A DNA stretch of 64,000 nt from Schmidtea polychroa (lineage: Eukaryota), in assembly GCA_044892525.1 (NCBI GenBank), contig CM097885.1:14820001-14884000 (forward strand), read 5' to 3'. Shown here piece after piece: positions 1-14,527 of the stretch. Within the stretch, counting starts at the first letter, position 1, and every line of letters starts with the position of its first letter. The notes under the pieces were generated by a model. That model made no database searches and was not told where the DNA came from. It worked only from the letters and a program-made list of their open reading frames with translations. Made by a program: the position numbers and the translations under genes.

Positions 1-2472
1 CACCGAACGTTTGAGAAACGAACTCCTAGTGTCATATATATGGTTGTAGATTTGGTGTTAAGTTAAGTATGTAGTCTAAATGCATTATAGGTCAATAATT
101 ATTCAAGTTGTTCATCGCACCGGCCCACTGGATACGGTACGGCGAACCCTTAGTGTTATATGGGGACCTTACAGCCACAACCGAACTAAAAGGTCGTTGT
201 AGTCTCGTTCAATTTTACTTATATTTACATATTTACACCATACGTAGACAATGTACATAAGGTTCATTATCTACATCAGCCACCATAAAGTACCCGATAT
301 GCAGACTGGTAAAACTACTTCGCATACACGGCGCAGTACAACCATCCCTACTGATTGATAATCATTTTAATTACTTGTTAGCTCTCTCTGTGCCCGAAAA
401 GAAGAAATTTAGAGTTGGAAACAATTTCGCTTGTTCAAAAGAATTGAAAAACAAACGACGATTATGCACAACCTTATATTCTCATAATAAACTTGTGACC
501 AAAAATCACTGGAAAATATACAATAATTCGGGTGTGTGAGTATGTGCACGTTGAGTAAAACAAATTTGAATTATTTTAATTCTTTTTAATTTTGAATTTC
601 AATTTTTATCAATTTTGATGGCGATTTCTGGTAAATTATGATTAATTTAATTTTCTGAATTTTATATTTCATTTATTTTTATTGGGTTATTGAGTTGGTG
701 ACAAAATTAAAATTCTTTATTTGGTTCCAAACGTGTCTTTGACTGATACACAAATAACACTTGACAAGGATACCATAATACTTCGAATTATATCAGAAGT
801 CTCATAAATAATCCTTTAGTGAGCAATGATGAACAGACCAAAATTGATGAAAGTTTAGTTAGGAAAATGCTGAATAACTCCTATAAATTTCAGACCAAGA
901 TTAAAAAAAAATTCAAAAACTAAGATTATTCAAAAATCAGAATAAAACAAGAAATTAAAGAGATTCAAAAAATTCAAATTATAAAAGTAAGAATTTTAAT
1001 GCAATTATATTCATCCTAAATTGAGGAGAAAAATATTAATAACTATAAAAACGAATTATAAGAACTTTTTTTTTAATTTCACCACTTAAAATGACAGTGC
1101 CGAAAATTCGTGAATATCAAAAACATCGATATATTTACTGATCCATAGTCAAGATTTTTAATAAAAACAAAGAAAATTTAAATGAAACTCAAGGAAAAGA
1201 TTGTTTTTTGAAAAAAAAATAATTTTTAGAAATATAAAAAAGATAATTCTACAAAATCGGATAAGATTTTTAAAAATAAGAAATCATTAAAAAATGTTAA
1301 TAATAAAAAAGATTTTATTGTTAAAAATACTTTTAAAAATGTAGAAGTAGAAATTGATAAAAACGAAACCAGAAATTTAAAATTTTAGAATACGATATAA
1401 AATTTATAATGATGAAGATATAAAAATATTTAAGATATTTAAAATATTTAAAAGGTAAAAACTTTAAAAATTCAGTTTTTATTAAAAAAATTGAAATTTT
1501 AATATTGATATTAAAAATATTTTTAATCAAAATATTGATTTAAATATTAAAAATGAAAGGAAATTTTTATTTTAAAATTCAGAGGAAGATCCGATCATTA
1601 TCAAAGAGAGAAATGAAAATAAGAAATTAAATATTGAAAAATTTAATAGTAATGAAATTAATTTAAAAAATTGAGATGAAATTTTAAATTTTAAACAGCA
1701 AAATAGATAAAATTGTTTAAATATTTTTAATATAAATCAGAAATACCAAACAAGAAAGATATTAGATTGACATTCAGGATATCAGCAGCCACAGAGTTTT
1801 GATAGGTGAGAACTCGGTAATCGGTAGAGAAGATTGTGTACAAAACGATATTAAAAAGCAAAAAAAAATTCAGAAATTCTCCGATTAATTATCAGAAAGT
1901 TCAATATATTTATTACTGTAATGTTATATTAGGAAGCTAGAAATTGATGCAAATGAAGCTATTCATGAAAGAAATGATCAAACTGTCCCAGATAAGAATA
2001 CGTGGATCCCATTCTACCAAATGGTGTTTATCAATTAAACTATCCAATGCTATGGTCATATTATCCTATTAATTCATCTGTGATTATGCCGCCTAATCAT
2101 TCTCAGCCCACCACGATTAATGCTAATGATGATAGTAGTAATGATCGAGGTAGGGATATATCACCAACTTGTGATATAAGTATTCTTGTCAACCTCCTTA
2201 TACGATAGTTAGCTGACACGATATAATTGTAGTCCAACCAACTCTAGAAAAGAGTTGAAAGAAAGTTTCATTCCTTCTTACCCCCAGATGATGTGAAGTT
2301 AAAAAATTCGGTGGTAAAGGTTCATGAACCAGATATAAAAATCGAAAAATATCAGATATAGAAAGTCTGAAGTTGAGAGATTTTACACAAAAATCTCCAT
2401 CTCATCGCGCCTAGTTATCTTATTAATTCATCTCAACCAACTACGAAAAATGCTTTCACTACATAGTTAATA

Positions 2473-3137
2473 CAGTGAAACCTCTCTAATGGGACCACAA
2501 AAAAAAGTGGTCTTTACTTGAGGTGGTCCTATTAGAGAGCATTTTATTTTTATAAAGAAAACTAGACTTAAATTGAAGATTTTATTATAAAAACTCATCT
2601 AATGTTGTTTGTCTCTTCGATTTGGCTTCACTGTTATCAAAAACTATCATATTCGTCAACTTTTGTTCAGCTTGAAACATTATGTCAACTAATTTATTGT
2701 CACCCAGTTCCATTCCAAGATTCTTAATCTGCTGAATATAAGATAAAGATGTTTAAACTGCTGATTTGTTAGTCGTTTTAGTTTTTTATTTGCATTATTG
2801 TTCCAAAGCTCCTTTATTTCTTCTTTGTTAACAATGACTACAAGAAAATCGTCTTGCAATAAGTCTCTGTCCTTCTCCTCGCTCAGAAGATTTAATAACA
2901 TCCATCTTCTCGCTCAATGTAAGCTCCTTTCTCGTTTTTTTTACTCCCATTTTAATTTTAAAAAAATATTTAAACAAAAAATATTTAAACTAAAAATATT
3001 TTTTACGAAAAGTGGTCTTAACGAGAGAGGGTGGTCCTATTATGGAGGGTTATTTGTCCCAGTAAACTACTGTGTAAATTTGGTTCCGAAGAAATAGAGG
3101 TCTTAACTAGAGGTGGTCTTAAGTAGAGGTTTTACTG
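2473..3137 (-). mobile_element. Non-autonomous pogo/Tigger-like DNA transposon
   Basis: TA-flanked imperfect TIRs (CAGTGAAACCTCT... / ...AGAGGTTTTACTG); minus-strand remnant RKELTLSEKMDVIKSSERGEGQRLIARRF resembles the CENP-B/psq N-terminal HTH. Confidence 0.75.
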
Positions 3138-3438
3138 TAATTATGAAGGTATAATTATTAACAAAAACCTAAAAACAGAAGTTTAGGAATAATATTTCTA
3201 TTACAAAAAAATCTGAAATCCTTTTTTTTTATTTTTGTCCATTATTAGTTTTACGACAGATATGTATATTGTTGCTTTGATGGATGATTAAAGTGTGAAT
3301 GCCTATGAATGCATTGGCTAAGTTTCCCTAACTCCACCAAGTTGGTAGAACTGTAGAAGACTTAATAAAAAAAGCATTCTAGTGTAATAATTTCGTTCGC
3401 TTCTTTTTATATGGAGAAAAACAATTGTCTGAATAGGA

Positions 3439-5190
3439 AATTTCTTTTTGAATATTCTCTGTCGTAACTGGTTTTCATCGGGCTAATTTTCTCCGGCTTT
3501 GCTCATTTTTTTGGTTCCAAACGATTCCTCAAAAATGGCAGATTGATATATAATTTTTACTATTTCAGCATTCCGAAATCCATAGTCGTGTTGCATTTCT
3601 TTAACTGTTTAAAAACTGCATACGATTGCCGTTCAAGTAAAAATGGCATTACATTCATGACATTTTTCACATTATTGACTTCCAAAATAATTTCGAGTTT
3701 GTCGAATCATTCTTCCACATCTGTATTTTTGCCATCGAATTTTCCAACATCTTGTTGATTTCCAATACCCGGATGGCTTACCTTTGTAAACGTGTATCAA
3801 CGTCTCCCCACAATCACAGCTTCTGCACATTCTATCCTCATGATTTCTGTATGGTTTCGAAAAATTAGCTAGAATGTTTGTCCTTGCTCGATGAATAAAT
3901 CTCCAAGGACCTTCCAGCAATTCTCCTTTAAATATCCCTTTATTGATGTTAGGAAATAAGCTAAATGTCGGTGACACACTTATATTACTGATCTTCCATT
4001 TTGTAAAAAAAGAATCACGGAGAACTAAAGGAAAGATTTTGTAAATGTCTAAATGAGTCAAAATGAGTCAAAATCATTGTACCGCGTGAAAGTGTTGTAA
4101 GACAAAGAATAGTTTCTATTAGAAACTGCTAACACATCTCCTGAATTATTTTTTAAATTCGGTTCAAAAATTCAAAAAGCTCAACATCAATCTATTGGTC
4201 CTTCGTATTCCTGGATGAGCGATTTTGTGAATTATCTGAAAAATTTCTCTTCTGTGACTCGGAGGTAATATTAATTTCTCATTCTTCTTTATTATATTAC
4301 TTATTATACTACTTTATTATATTCTTTATTATATGAAACGATTATAAAAATTAATTATACCAAATCTTCTTAGTTGTTTTCTTGTTTCTAGTAATTTATA
4401 ATTGTTGTAATTTTAATTTCTAAAGGCAAATTCCAGTTCTTGATATGTGATGGCACAAAATATCTACTTCAGATTGCATAATTTTGCATTTTCCAACATT
4501 AATTAACAATCCAACTTTATTTAATTCATTTGCAATTATTTTTAAATGTTTGTTTATGTTATTCTTCTGTGTCTGATGCAATAATTACATCATCCAAGTA
4601 TGCTCTTGCGAATGGAAATTTTCATAGCTTTGCGTCAATTGTTCTTTGAAAAGTCGATGTGACATTTCTTAATCCAACTGGCATAAAAAGGAATTCGTAC
4701 ATTCTAAACGGAGTAGTTATTGCTGTCTTTGGAATGTCATTTTTGTCCATTGGAATTTGAAAATACGCCTTTTCTTTTGTATAGTGTTATGAATATCATT
4801 TTGGAGAAAATATTTCTTTGAATAGAAAATATTTCTTTGAAATTTCTGTCGAAACTGGTTTTCATCAGGCTTTCTATCTCTGACTTTGCTCATTTTATTG
4901 GTTCCAAACGGTTCGCTTGTTTCATTTCTTATGATAAACGTAATATTTTACAAATTCTTTAAAAGAAATGAACATCAGAAATTTTTCTGAAGATTGTCAA
5001 ATATCCTTCTTTGGCATTCCCAAACCAATTGTCGTGTTGCTTTTGCTTAACTGTTTAAAGACTGCACACGATTGCCCACATTATTGGCTTCCAAAATAAT
5101 TTCGAGTATGTCAAACCATTCTTCCACATCTGTATTTTTGCCATCGAATTTTCTAATATTTCAATTATAATTTTGTTGATTTCCATTGAC
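3439..5190. repeat. Dispersed ~350-bp direct duplication (about 3439-3780 and 4826-5190)
   Basis: Shared blocks such as ttggttccaaacg, gtcgtgttgc, ttaactgtttaaa and cttccacatctgtatttttgccatcgaattt occur in the same order; ends approximate. Confidence 0.75.
3790..3960 (-). pseudogene. Fragment of an RLE-type non-LTR retrotransposon C-terminal zinc-knuckle region
   Basis: WRFIHRARTNIL...DRMCRSCDCGETLIHV matches the FIHRAR...CRxC...ETLxHV motif of R2/NeSL-like elements. Confidence 0.6.
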
Positions 5191-6700
5191 CAGATAGCTT
5201 GTAACACTAAACACGTTTTTTTGAAATTCTCTTTTTAGACATTTTTATAATATTTAAACAACCTTACTTGTTTAATGTTGCACTATTCCTACAGAATTCT
5301 TATTCAAAATCATGTTTAATATTCAAATATTTCAATTGTATCACATTTTTTATTCAAACCATACAATTCAGTATTCTTTGTGTAAAATTAAATTTGATAT
5401 GACCATAAGCATTAAACATTTACAATAATAATGCATCAAATAAACAATAAATTTTATTTTTAAAACGATTAAATTTAATAATCTGGAAGCACTCAAGTGG
5501 CGTGGTAATGACACATTTTTGATGAATTCGTTATGTTGCTCAATGCACATGCTTTTAAGAGACCAGGTATTTTTAATAGTGGAACCCGTTTCTTTAAAAG
5601 TAGGCCATGGGTAGATAGTGTAACATTACTTATATAGCCGATTATACATATATATAGTTCTACAACTAATTTCGGGTTTGAAGCCTGTATTCTATTTTTG
5701 AGAGAGTCATATTTAGGAATATTCCCTTTAAAGCTTTTTCAAATATCACCAATGAATCAAACGGACATTTTATATCAACGATAAGAAGTGCGTAATTTGT
5801 TGAAGACACTCGTTGTGGCGTTTAAGAGTAAGAGTTTAATGAACATTGCACCTATGCACCTCCTGACAATGAAAGCGTCTGTACATTCTATCGAATTAAT
5901 TGAAACTCTTTTCAACTTGTAGTCGATTAAATCGTAATGTGCTGCTAGAAAATCTGCACCAAGAATAGACTGTGATACATCGCATACATGAAAAAGCCAA
6001 CTAATTGTTTTGTCATGGATTCGTAAATCTTCTTATTCCCATAACATGTTATTGTAGTATTATTAGCAGCTGTAACTCGAGATGACCACGGAATTTCTGT
6101 CTTGAAGAACTTTCGTAGCAAACATGAAACAGATGCTCTTATATCCACTAAAAATTTGTTTTTATTATTAAAATTAAAAATTTGATTTACTGTTCACCAC
6201 ATTTGACAGTGGTTAATTTCGAAGCGTTTTTCCATTTCTCGGCATATATCGGCACATCGTGATCCATCTTTCAGTTTGTCACATTTCTTGGTGTTTTTTT
6301 CCATATTTACACAGGCTTTTCGATTTCTTGGGAGTTTCTTTAAATAGAATGTATCTTCTTTTAATTCTGCGATTTCATCCATTAATGCCTTTGATTTTTA
6401 AATTGTCATTCGAATATGGTGTATCATTTTCCATGCCTGCCAACACCCCGTCCACTATTGTAGCCAATTCTTCCGTAGACCTTTCTTGAAAACTTGTGAT
6501 TATGAGCTTAATATTCTTTGGGATAGGTTCAATAAAATTGTGTCGTAATAACCATTGGTTTGTTATATGGACTTCTGTAAATGCCGTACTAATCCTCTGA
6601 AGAAGTTGTGTGGGCTTTAAATCATCTAGATTAAATTTTCCAAGTGCCTACTCAATACATTTTATCAGTGGCTTGGCAAAATTCTTTTTAATAATTCCTT
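4440..6700 (-). mobile_element. Degenerate Ty3/Gypsy retrotransposon (gag, protease and RT remnants)
   Basis: gag-like LDDLKPTQLLQRI...EELATIVD (~6430-6640); protease-like LVDIRASVSCL...AANNTTITCYG (~6040-6150); RT-like AYFQIPMDKNDIPKTAITTPF...AYLDDVII (~4580-4770); many stops and frameshifts. Confidence 0.7.
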
Positions 6701-6944
6701 TGATGCATTGGTAATATTCATTAACTGTCATCTTCTGAAAGATAAGCCATAACGTGATGAAATTTCGTTGAATCATTTGATATTTTAGACAATTTGAATT
6801 GGGATTTTTGCTCTCTGAACCATAGACCTGAAATATTTTTGTAGAATAGTAGGTAGTTAGTAGCCCCCTGCAGCAATGACCCCCACCCCGGGGGAGGGTC
6901 TGCTGCAACTTTTCATTACATAATTGGTGCAACTTACTTTTTTT

Positions 6945-7550
6945 GGTTTCTGGGATTTTCAATACAAAATTTTTTTTCAATACAAATAAATTTTTTTTTC
7001 AGACTATAGTGAGGGTGTCTCGATTGATCCAGGGATTTTCAATACAAAAAAGGGTCCTTACCAAAAACGCCAAAGATTATTCAGACTACAGTGATGGGGT
7101 CTCCTTGGTCCTGGGATTTTCAATACAAATTTCAATTATCACTAAAAAAGCCAAAGAATATTCAAACTATAGTGATGGGGTCTCCGTGGTCTTGAGATTT
7201 TCAAAACAAAATTCAATTATCCTTAACCTGGTTTCTGGGATTTTCAATACAAAATTTTTTTTCAATACAAATAAATTTTTTTTTCAGACTATAGTGAGGG
7301 TGTCTCGATTGATCCAGGGATTTTCAATACAAAAAAGGGTCCTTACCAAAAACGCCAAAGATTATTCAGACTACAGTGATGGGGTCTCCTTGGTCCTGGG
7401 ATTTTCAATACAAATTTCAATTATCACTAAAAAAGCCAAAGAATATTCAAACTATTGCGATGGGGTCTCCGTGGTCCTGAGATTTTCAAAACAAAATTCA
7501 ATTATCCTTAAAAAAGCATGGAATTATTCAGACTATAGTGAGGGGTCTCA
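6945..7550. repeat. Tandem duplication with 285-bp period, built from ~60-bp subunits
   Basis: ggtttctgggattttcaatacaaa recurs at 6945 and 7230; subunit core ttcagactatagtgaggggtctc; explains the repetitive 203-aa ORF. Confidence 0.9.
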
Positions 7551-10500
7551 ATGAAGGCTTTTTTGAAGGCTTTAGCTAACAAATTTATAAGAAACATTAA
7601 CAAATTGATAAGAATCAACTAATCTTAAGCTAATTTTTTCTAAATGCACAATCAAAGAAATAAATTTTTCAGTAGTGATAGGGATAAGTCCAATTTTTAA
7701 ATTTATTTAAACCATATTTAAGTAAAAAAAAAAATCGATATAAATGAAAAAAAAGAAGTAGATGAAGGTCAAAATAAATGTTATTTTATGTTTACAGATT
7801 CGAAATTTTGCGCTAGTTTCGAAAAACTACCTTGAATTATATCAGCATTTTTTAATTAACAAGGTACTATTATAATAGTTATGATATCTATCTGTATGTT
7901 ATTTTGAAATACCAAATCAAAGTGTTTTATCTATGTATTGAAGTTGTTATCGTGAGCACTATGGACAAATACTTTTGTTTATAGAATATAAACAATCAGA
8001 TGCTTCTTATTTCTGAAGTTTGGCGTGCGTAAGTACGAGAATACTCGAAGGACGCAAGTACTTATCTTTTGTTTTCATGCTCTATTAGTGCTGGGATTGA
8101 AAAAAGAAAATGAGATATTTTGTTTTGAGAATATTTTAAATGAAATAATTTCGCATTCATATCTGAAAAATTTCCGACAAGAATTTTAAATTAAATATAC
8201 TACTGATTTATTTTTTAACCTATTTGATATGTATTCATTAACAAGATTTTAAAAACATCTACACGCCCCCTAGGGGGGGCACCCCACAGGTTGGAAACCA
8301 CTGCCTCAAGTTGTAAACTACCTAATAAAAGCATTCGAGTGTAATAATTTCGTTCCCTTGGAGTCATTTGACTATCTCATATTGATCATTTCAATTTTTT
8401 AATTATTTATTTTAATATATATTTTTGTTATTGTTTTTTAAATTATTAATAATAATATTTTTGATAAATTAATATTCAATATCTCCCATGGTTATAGCGC
8501 AGTACCTGATATACAGGTTGGTAAAACTGCTCCAATATACGGCACAGTACATCTGTTGGGTTTTATGATACTAAAAGGTTGACCGTTGGTTACTCTGACT
8601 CAATGTGTCCCAAAATTGACAAACACAAACTCCCAGCATATATTTGTTTTATAGCAAATAATTACAACGTTTAGTTAACCACGATTTTGCTCGAAATTTT
8701 TGATCGAACTTCACACTGGAAAGTCTTCTCTATGCTTGACCGCCATTCTTTTTCATTCAATTTTGGTTTTCTTTTTATTTGGAACTATTCAATTTGACAT
8801 AATTTAATAATTTACTTTAACAACCTCAACACATCCATCACTCCCGGTAATATTTTAGTTTATTCACTTGTGGCAAAATAAGCTTGGTCACCTAGAGTTA
8901 GTGATTCTGCCTTAGAAAAAGATCAAAAAGCTAAAGCCCTCTAACAATTCTATTAACCATAATATAATATAAATATAATAACAACAAAACCAAAATTCGA
9001 TCACTATTCAAATGGCATAAACAATAGTTTTAAAAGAATAGCTTAGACTAACTAGATTGATTAAATTGTGACAGAAATGCATCAATATATATACCCTAAT
9101 TTTGGTGTGCGAGTATGTGTCGATTCATAACACAAATAATCCATAATAAAAAACTTTTTATACAAATGTATACAAATGGGACAGCAAGAGTGTATAATTA
9201 AGTGAAAGCACACTAAAGCCTCACACCATAACCGGCATCCCGAGATTTGGAATAAAATTTACTTTTTTCTTGAGATAGTTCTTGGGTTATTTTACAGACT
9301 CATATCGCAGGCAAATTCAAAACTCCTTCAAGCCAAGTCAAAATAATTAATATCTATCAATCCTATAAGCTATAAGTCTGTTGTGAAGGAAATTTTGATA
9401 TCAATGAAAATTCATCTATCGAACTTCTGACGTCTTTGGTACTTTCTCTTAAAGATGTGCTTACTGTAATAGTTGTTGACTGCTGATTCAATGGGTCTAG
9501 TGTTGTATGTAATACGTTACATATGTAAACCCAAGGCGCCATTATACATTGAAAGAACAAAAAGAAAACTAATTGGGTCTATTTGATTTACAAGTTTTCT
9601 TCCAACCGATACCATTTATTTCATAGACTCATGGCTTCCAATGTAGAACGACAGATATCTAAGTCTTATTTGCTAATTCGTCACCGCAGCCGTTCCAGTT
9701 TTTTCTGGACTTCGTACATTATTTCAGGATGCAACCGCATGTCTTCTAGGTGTTTGCTGCGTTGCCTACTAAAGTTCCCTTCCAAAATTTTCTTTTCCGT
9801 TCCACTTCCGGTTAAGTCTGCATATAATCTTTTGAGAAAAAAAAATATTTGGACCCGGCAATTTTTTATAAATAAAATAATTGGTTGTTATTCAAAAATT
9901 TGAAAATTGTTAAATTTTGAAATGGGGGTAACAAGTTTGCTTGTATTTTTACTATATGAATCGAGTTGACATATTTAACTTTTTTTATATCCATTTGTGC
10001 ACCAACCAGTAAAATTGTTAATTTTTGCATTGACATGCGTTGCATTTAATAAAAGTTAATTTATGGGTTTGGTTACAAATAATTGTCAAGATTTCATAAG
10101 AAATTATGGAAATTTCACATTTTAAATTATTTTTAAATAGATTTTAGTGTCAAGCTTTTTTAAAAAATGTAAGTTATTTTTAATTTTTAAATTTAAAAAT
10201 AATTAAATAAATATAAAATTTAAATTTTTTTAACCTAATCGCTCATAATTTTCTATTTTATCAAAGATTTTGTAAATTAATTTTTTTTGTAAATGATTTT
10301 TTTTAACAATAATTTTAACAAATATTTTCTTTTAAATAAGTGTATCTTTCTTAAGTTTATTTTATCGTTTGTTTGCATGTTTAATTTATTATAGAAATTG
10401 CACTCACCATGTTTGTATGTTTCATTAATTTTTCTAACCTTTCTGGAATCTTATAATAAATTGGCAGGTGTAAATGTTAATGAATTTTTATCACACAGTC

Positions 10501-11560
10501 GAGTTTGTATTTATTTTATTATATAATTTATTGATTTTTTTATATTGTAGACTATTTTTATCAAATACAACGCGGTGTATTTTCAACGCACACATGTTGC
10601 TATTAATAAAAATTTATTGATTTATTTTATGATTATAGAAAATGTTGAATTTTAAACCAAATCGTAATGAAAAATATGTGTAACTAATTTGTAACTTAAA
10701 AACATCCTTATCAACAAAATGTAATGTAGAAAGACTTTTTTCCTTTAATAAATTATTTTATTAATCTAAATGGTACAATAATCGAACAAGGTCCCCATGA
10801 AAAATGTGCACAGCAAAAATAAAATTTTATTGGGATAAATAAAACTTTGAATTATTAGAAATGTAAAATTATCAAAAAATATTATTCATGAAAAAATTTA
10901 TTGCGCTATTATTACTTAAAAAATACTTTTTTGGCAATTAAAAAAAAGTGCAAAAAATAAAGAAAAAATTGATCTATAGTCACAATGAAAATTGATGAAA
11001 TATTAAAAAAATAAAATCGATTAAAGGCGATCAAAAAAATAAAAGATTTTACTTATAGTAAAATATATTTTATTGAAAATTTGCAAAAAAGAACTCCATG
11101 TATTTTTATTTTGATAAATTCTTTATAATTCAAATACGATGAAATTGAACAACGAAACTCAGTCCAATGAGATTTTGAAGATATTCAAATTCAAAATCAA
11201 AGACGCGAACAGTCATATCTTCAATAGGGTGACGAACCTTTGATAGTCGGAAATTTAAGTCTCGACCTTAGCACAATATAGGGGTGTGATATATCATATG
11301 AAAAGGTTTGAACCCTTTGTCAACATCTGTAGAGCAACTTTAAAAAAAAATTTGAAACGAAGATTTATAATCCAAAAGTAGTAAATTTATTAAAGTTTCA
11401 ACAAAAAAAGAAATTAAATATGAATTAATAAAGAAAAATCTTTCCAATGTAATTTATTTACTGCAAAATGATCATCTATTTATTTGTTCAGTCAATCAAC
11501 GATGACAAAATTATCAGTTGAGATTCAGTCATAGATTATATTTTGTTTTAATTGTTAAAT

Positions 11561-11828
11561 TTAGTTTTTCGATTTTGCAATAACCCTCAAATAATTGGCG
11601 ATGTTTTTGTATCGCATGTGTGGATCAAGGAAAACCTCTTCAATATATGGATTGTATATTTCATTGGATTTCTGACCAGAAACCCTGCCAATGAAGCGTG
11701 ACTCTAATTAAAATACAAACAAAATTTAATTAAAAATTATTTAAAAATTAATTAACACTACCTAATATCGGAACCAAGACAATAAGCATCACTATCAACG
11801 TTGTACGAAATCCCCACATTACAGACAT
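11561..11828 (-). CDS. Two-exon small secreted protein (69 aa), possible peptide precursor
   Basis: Exons 11828-11762 and 11703-11561 joined by a 58-bp GT-AG phase-1 intron give MSVMWGFRTTLIVMLIVLVPILESRFIGRVSGQKSNEIYNPYIEEVFLDPHMRYKNIANYLRVIAKSKN*; hydrophobic N-terminus, AAAATG start, TATATAAAG ~60 bp upstream, AATAAA downstream. Confidence 0.65.
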
Positions 11829-12262
11829 TTTCACTACAATTTGTTCAACTTGATTTACAGTATTTGATTATAAATTTTTATCAAGCTTTATATATAATTG
11901 CAGTCGGCGTTTATTCGTTCAAGAACTCGTGAACTTTGTCATTTGAAAAGTTCAATTGGTCAACTAGGAAATGAGTATCCATGTCAGATTAATTTACGTA
12001 AACTAATTATTAAAATTAACTTAACAGTAACAACCATTTGCAATTAACACCAAATAAACTTATTTTCATCTCTATAACCCCTTCCTAGGTCTCACCTATA
12101 CCTAAACCCTCTATCCAACCCTCCAGATAACCCACGATTTCATATTGGTTTATTCGACGGCCATAAATTCAGTGCCTTAATAAACCTACAATGGTCATTT
12201 TATATATGAAACAACAAAATCGTATAATCCATTGATGAGTTCTTGGTAGCAATATAAATTAC

Positions 12263-12449
12263 ATGTTAAAAAAGTAAATGATAATACAAGCCTTTTGCTG
12301 AACGTATATATTCAATAAAATGAAATAAGCTTACATTATAAAAATAATCGGAAATAAAAATAATTTTTTTCATAATCGAAACTTATTTCATTTTATTGAA
12401 TATATATTTTACAGCAAAAGGATTTTGTTATCATTTACTTGTTTAACAT
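12263..12449. repeat. Fold-back inverted repeat (~85-bp imperfect arms)
   Basis: aagtaaatgataa/ttatcatttactt, ccttttgctg/cagcaaaagg and atatattcaataaaatgaaataag/cttatttcattttattgaatatat are nested reverse complements. Confidence 0.85.
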
Positions 12450-14527
12450 TCAGTAAAATAACTGCTATCCTATTATTATGTGTTTTATTAGCAAAATCTG
12501 TATTGAAATTTTATTTATATTTATTATAAGAATAAAATATTTTTTACAATTTTTTTAAATATGAGAATTTTAATTCAAAAAATCCCTAAGTCCATATGCT
12601 TACAATTCTTCCATATCAGGTTTCCATTTATCAGAATACGTTCTTTTTGTTGAAATTATCATTTAAACAGTTAACTTTTAGAGCTTTGCATCTTCAAAAG
12701 AACAAAAAATTTTTGAAAGTGATGACATATTTTGACAAAACCTTGAAAGCACATACATCAACACAGCGGGTCTCATTCAAGAATGTGAAAAATAAATATA
12801 TATTAAAAATAATTGAATTATATATTCTCAATATGAATTTTCTGATCCATTTTCAATGATGTTTTAAGAACCACTGTCCACACCTCTAAGATAACAAAAA
12901 TTAAAAAAAAACTCAATGCTGGTGGAATGGAAGAATTACTTCTGACGACATGACCCCTTGATTACATTTGCCAAGTTGCAGGGTACCCTACAATAAAATT
13001 AATCGAGTTGGTCCTCCTTCATTGCATTTTTGCAGCTAACGATTATGTATTTGACTTCAAAATATATGATATTTTATAGGCACCATGTTTTTTAGTTACA
13101 AATCTTATATATTTTAAGATATTCTTTATCAACACAACAAACTGTTATATTTTTTTTCAATATTTTTAAAAATGAACTTACAAATTAAAAATTGTAAAAT
13201 TCTACAAAAACGCGTATTTTATTTAAAAATTAAAAATCTTTAAAAAATGGTGGTTTATTTCAATATTTTTTAATAATTTTCTTGTTGCAACTGTAGCGAC
13301 ATCGCATTTGCACATGTCATTCTAGCTACTATTCCTAGGTCAACTGTAGTATTTTCAAATGTCATCTTTTTATCGATCATAGTCATTGGATAGAATTGAA
13401 CAGACGAGTGCTTGTCGCATAGACTGCCGTATGGGGTAATATCAAAATTTATGTTGTTTGGAATTCGTTGTTGTCGTTCATTAAGGCATGATTGGAGTAA
13501 TATTATTAGTTGTCAATTTCTTATTTCAACAATATTTATAACATGAAAGATTATGTAAAAATTACAATTATTCGGATGAATTAGGATTTGGTCAACCTTG
13601 ACAATTCTTTCATAATGAAACTCGTGGTCAATGTTCTGGCCATAAAATGTGCAGTCTTAATAATAAGTGATAAATTAAAAAACTGCCCCATTGAAAGTGC
13701 CTGGTTTATAAGTGTTTTTTGCATAAATTAAAATCGTGATGTATCATTATCAGTAATATTTAGCTACTGTTTCTCTCACTTGACATTGATCACGAAGTTT
13801 AGGAACCAACAAGTGGCTGTTGACTCTTTCACCTTGGCTGTCTTTGTAACTTTGCGCCAGTTAATAATAATGGCTGGGCAATAGGGCAATAATAATAAAC
13901 TATAATTATAAATTATTATTAATAATAATACAATGATAAACAATACTTTATAGTACTTGTCAATTGACGTCGGCAAATCAAGGGTTTCCAGGTTAAGTTT
14001 TTATCTATAAATTTATAAAATTATACTAATTGAACCCAACTTTTGCAGCACTGACGGATATTCATTACATTGGTATATAAAATGAATAAGATATTCAAGA
14101 AAACAATGTGCTTAGAATATTCGGTTAGCGGTGACGCGTCAAAGTTTCATAGGGCCCAAAAATAAATATGAATTTATGACCCCATATACGTTATATTCAG
14201 ACTTTATTCCGGGGAGTATTTATAAGAAATCTATCCAATATTCTAATGAATTAGAAATTGTCCATATAAAAATCTGACGAATGTCCTGAACCAAGTAAGT
14301 ATAAAATTCACATTTTGTTCAAGTTCATAAAATATATGGTTTTTGGACCTCCTCGTTGGTGGGTCTCGCATAATTGCCCATTTTCCCTATACGATAACAT
14401 GTACAGTCGATGATCTTAAGAATCTAGGAATGATTATATTTTTTGATACAATTTGCAAAAATTCCGATTAGTATTGAAAAGAATATGTTGAAGTTACATA
14501 AAAATAATATAAATTAATTATAATTAA

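Noticed and set aside
6943..7554. 203-aa repeat protein
   Set aside because: Arises from a DNA tandem duplication; non-ATG start and no recognisable domain.
8790..8890. BEL/Pao C-terminal remnant (GSDGCVEVVKVK)
   Set aside because: Too short and degenerate to support a feature call.
12900..14100. Possible multi-exon host gene (fragments such as RIVKVDQILIHPNN)
   Set aside because: I could not join the fragments into a phase-consistent, stop-free model.
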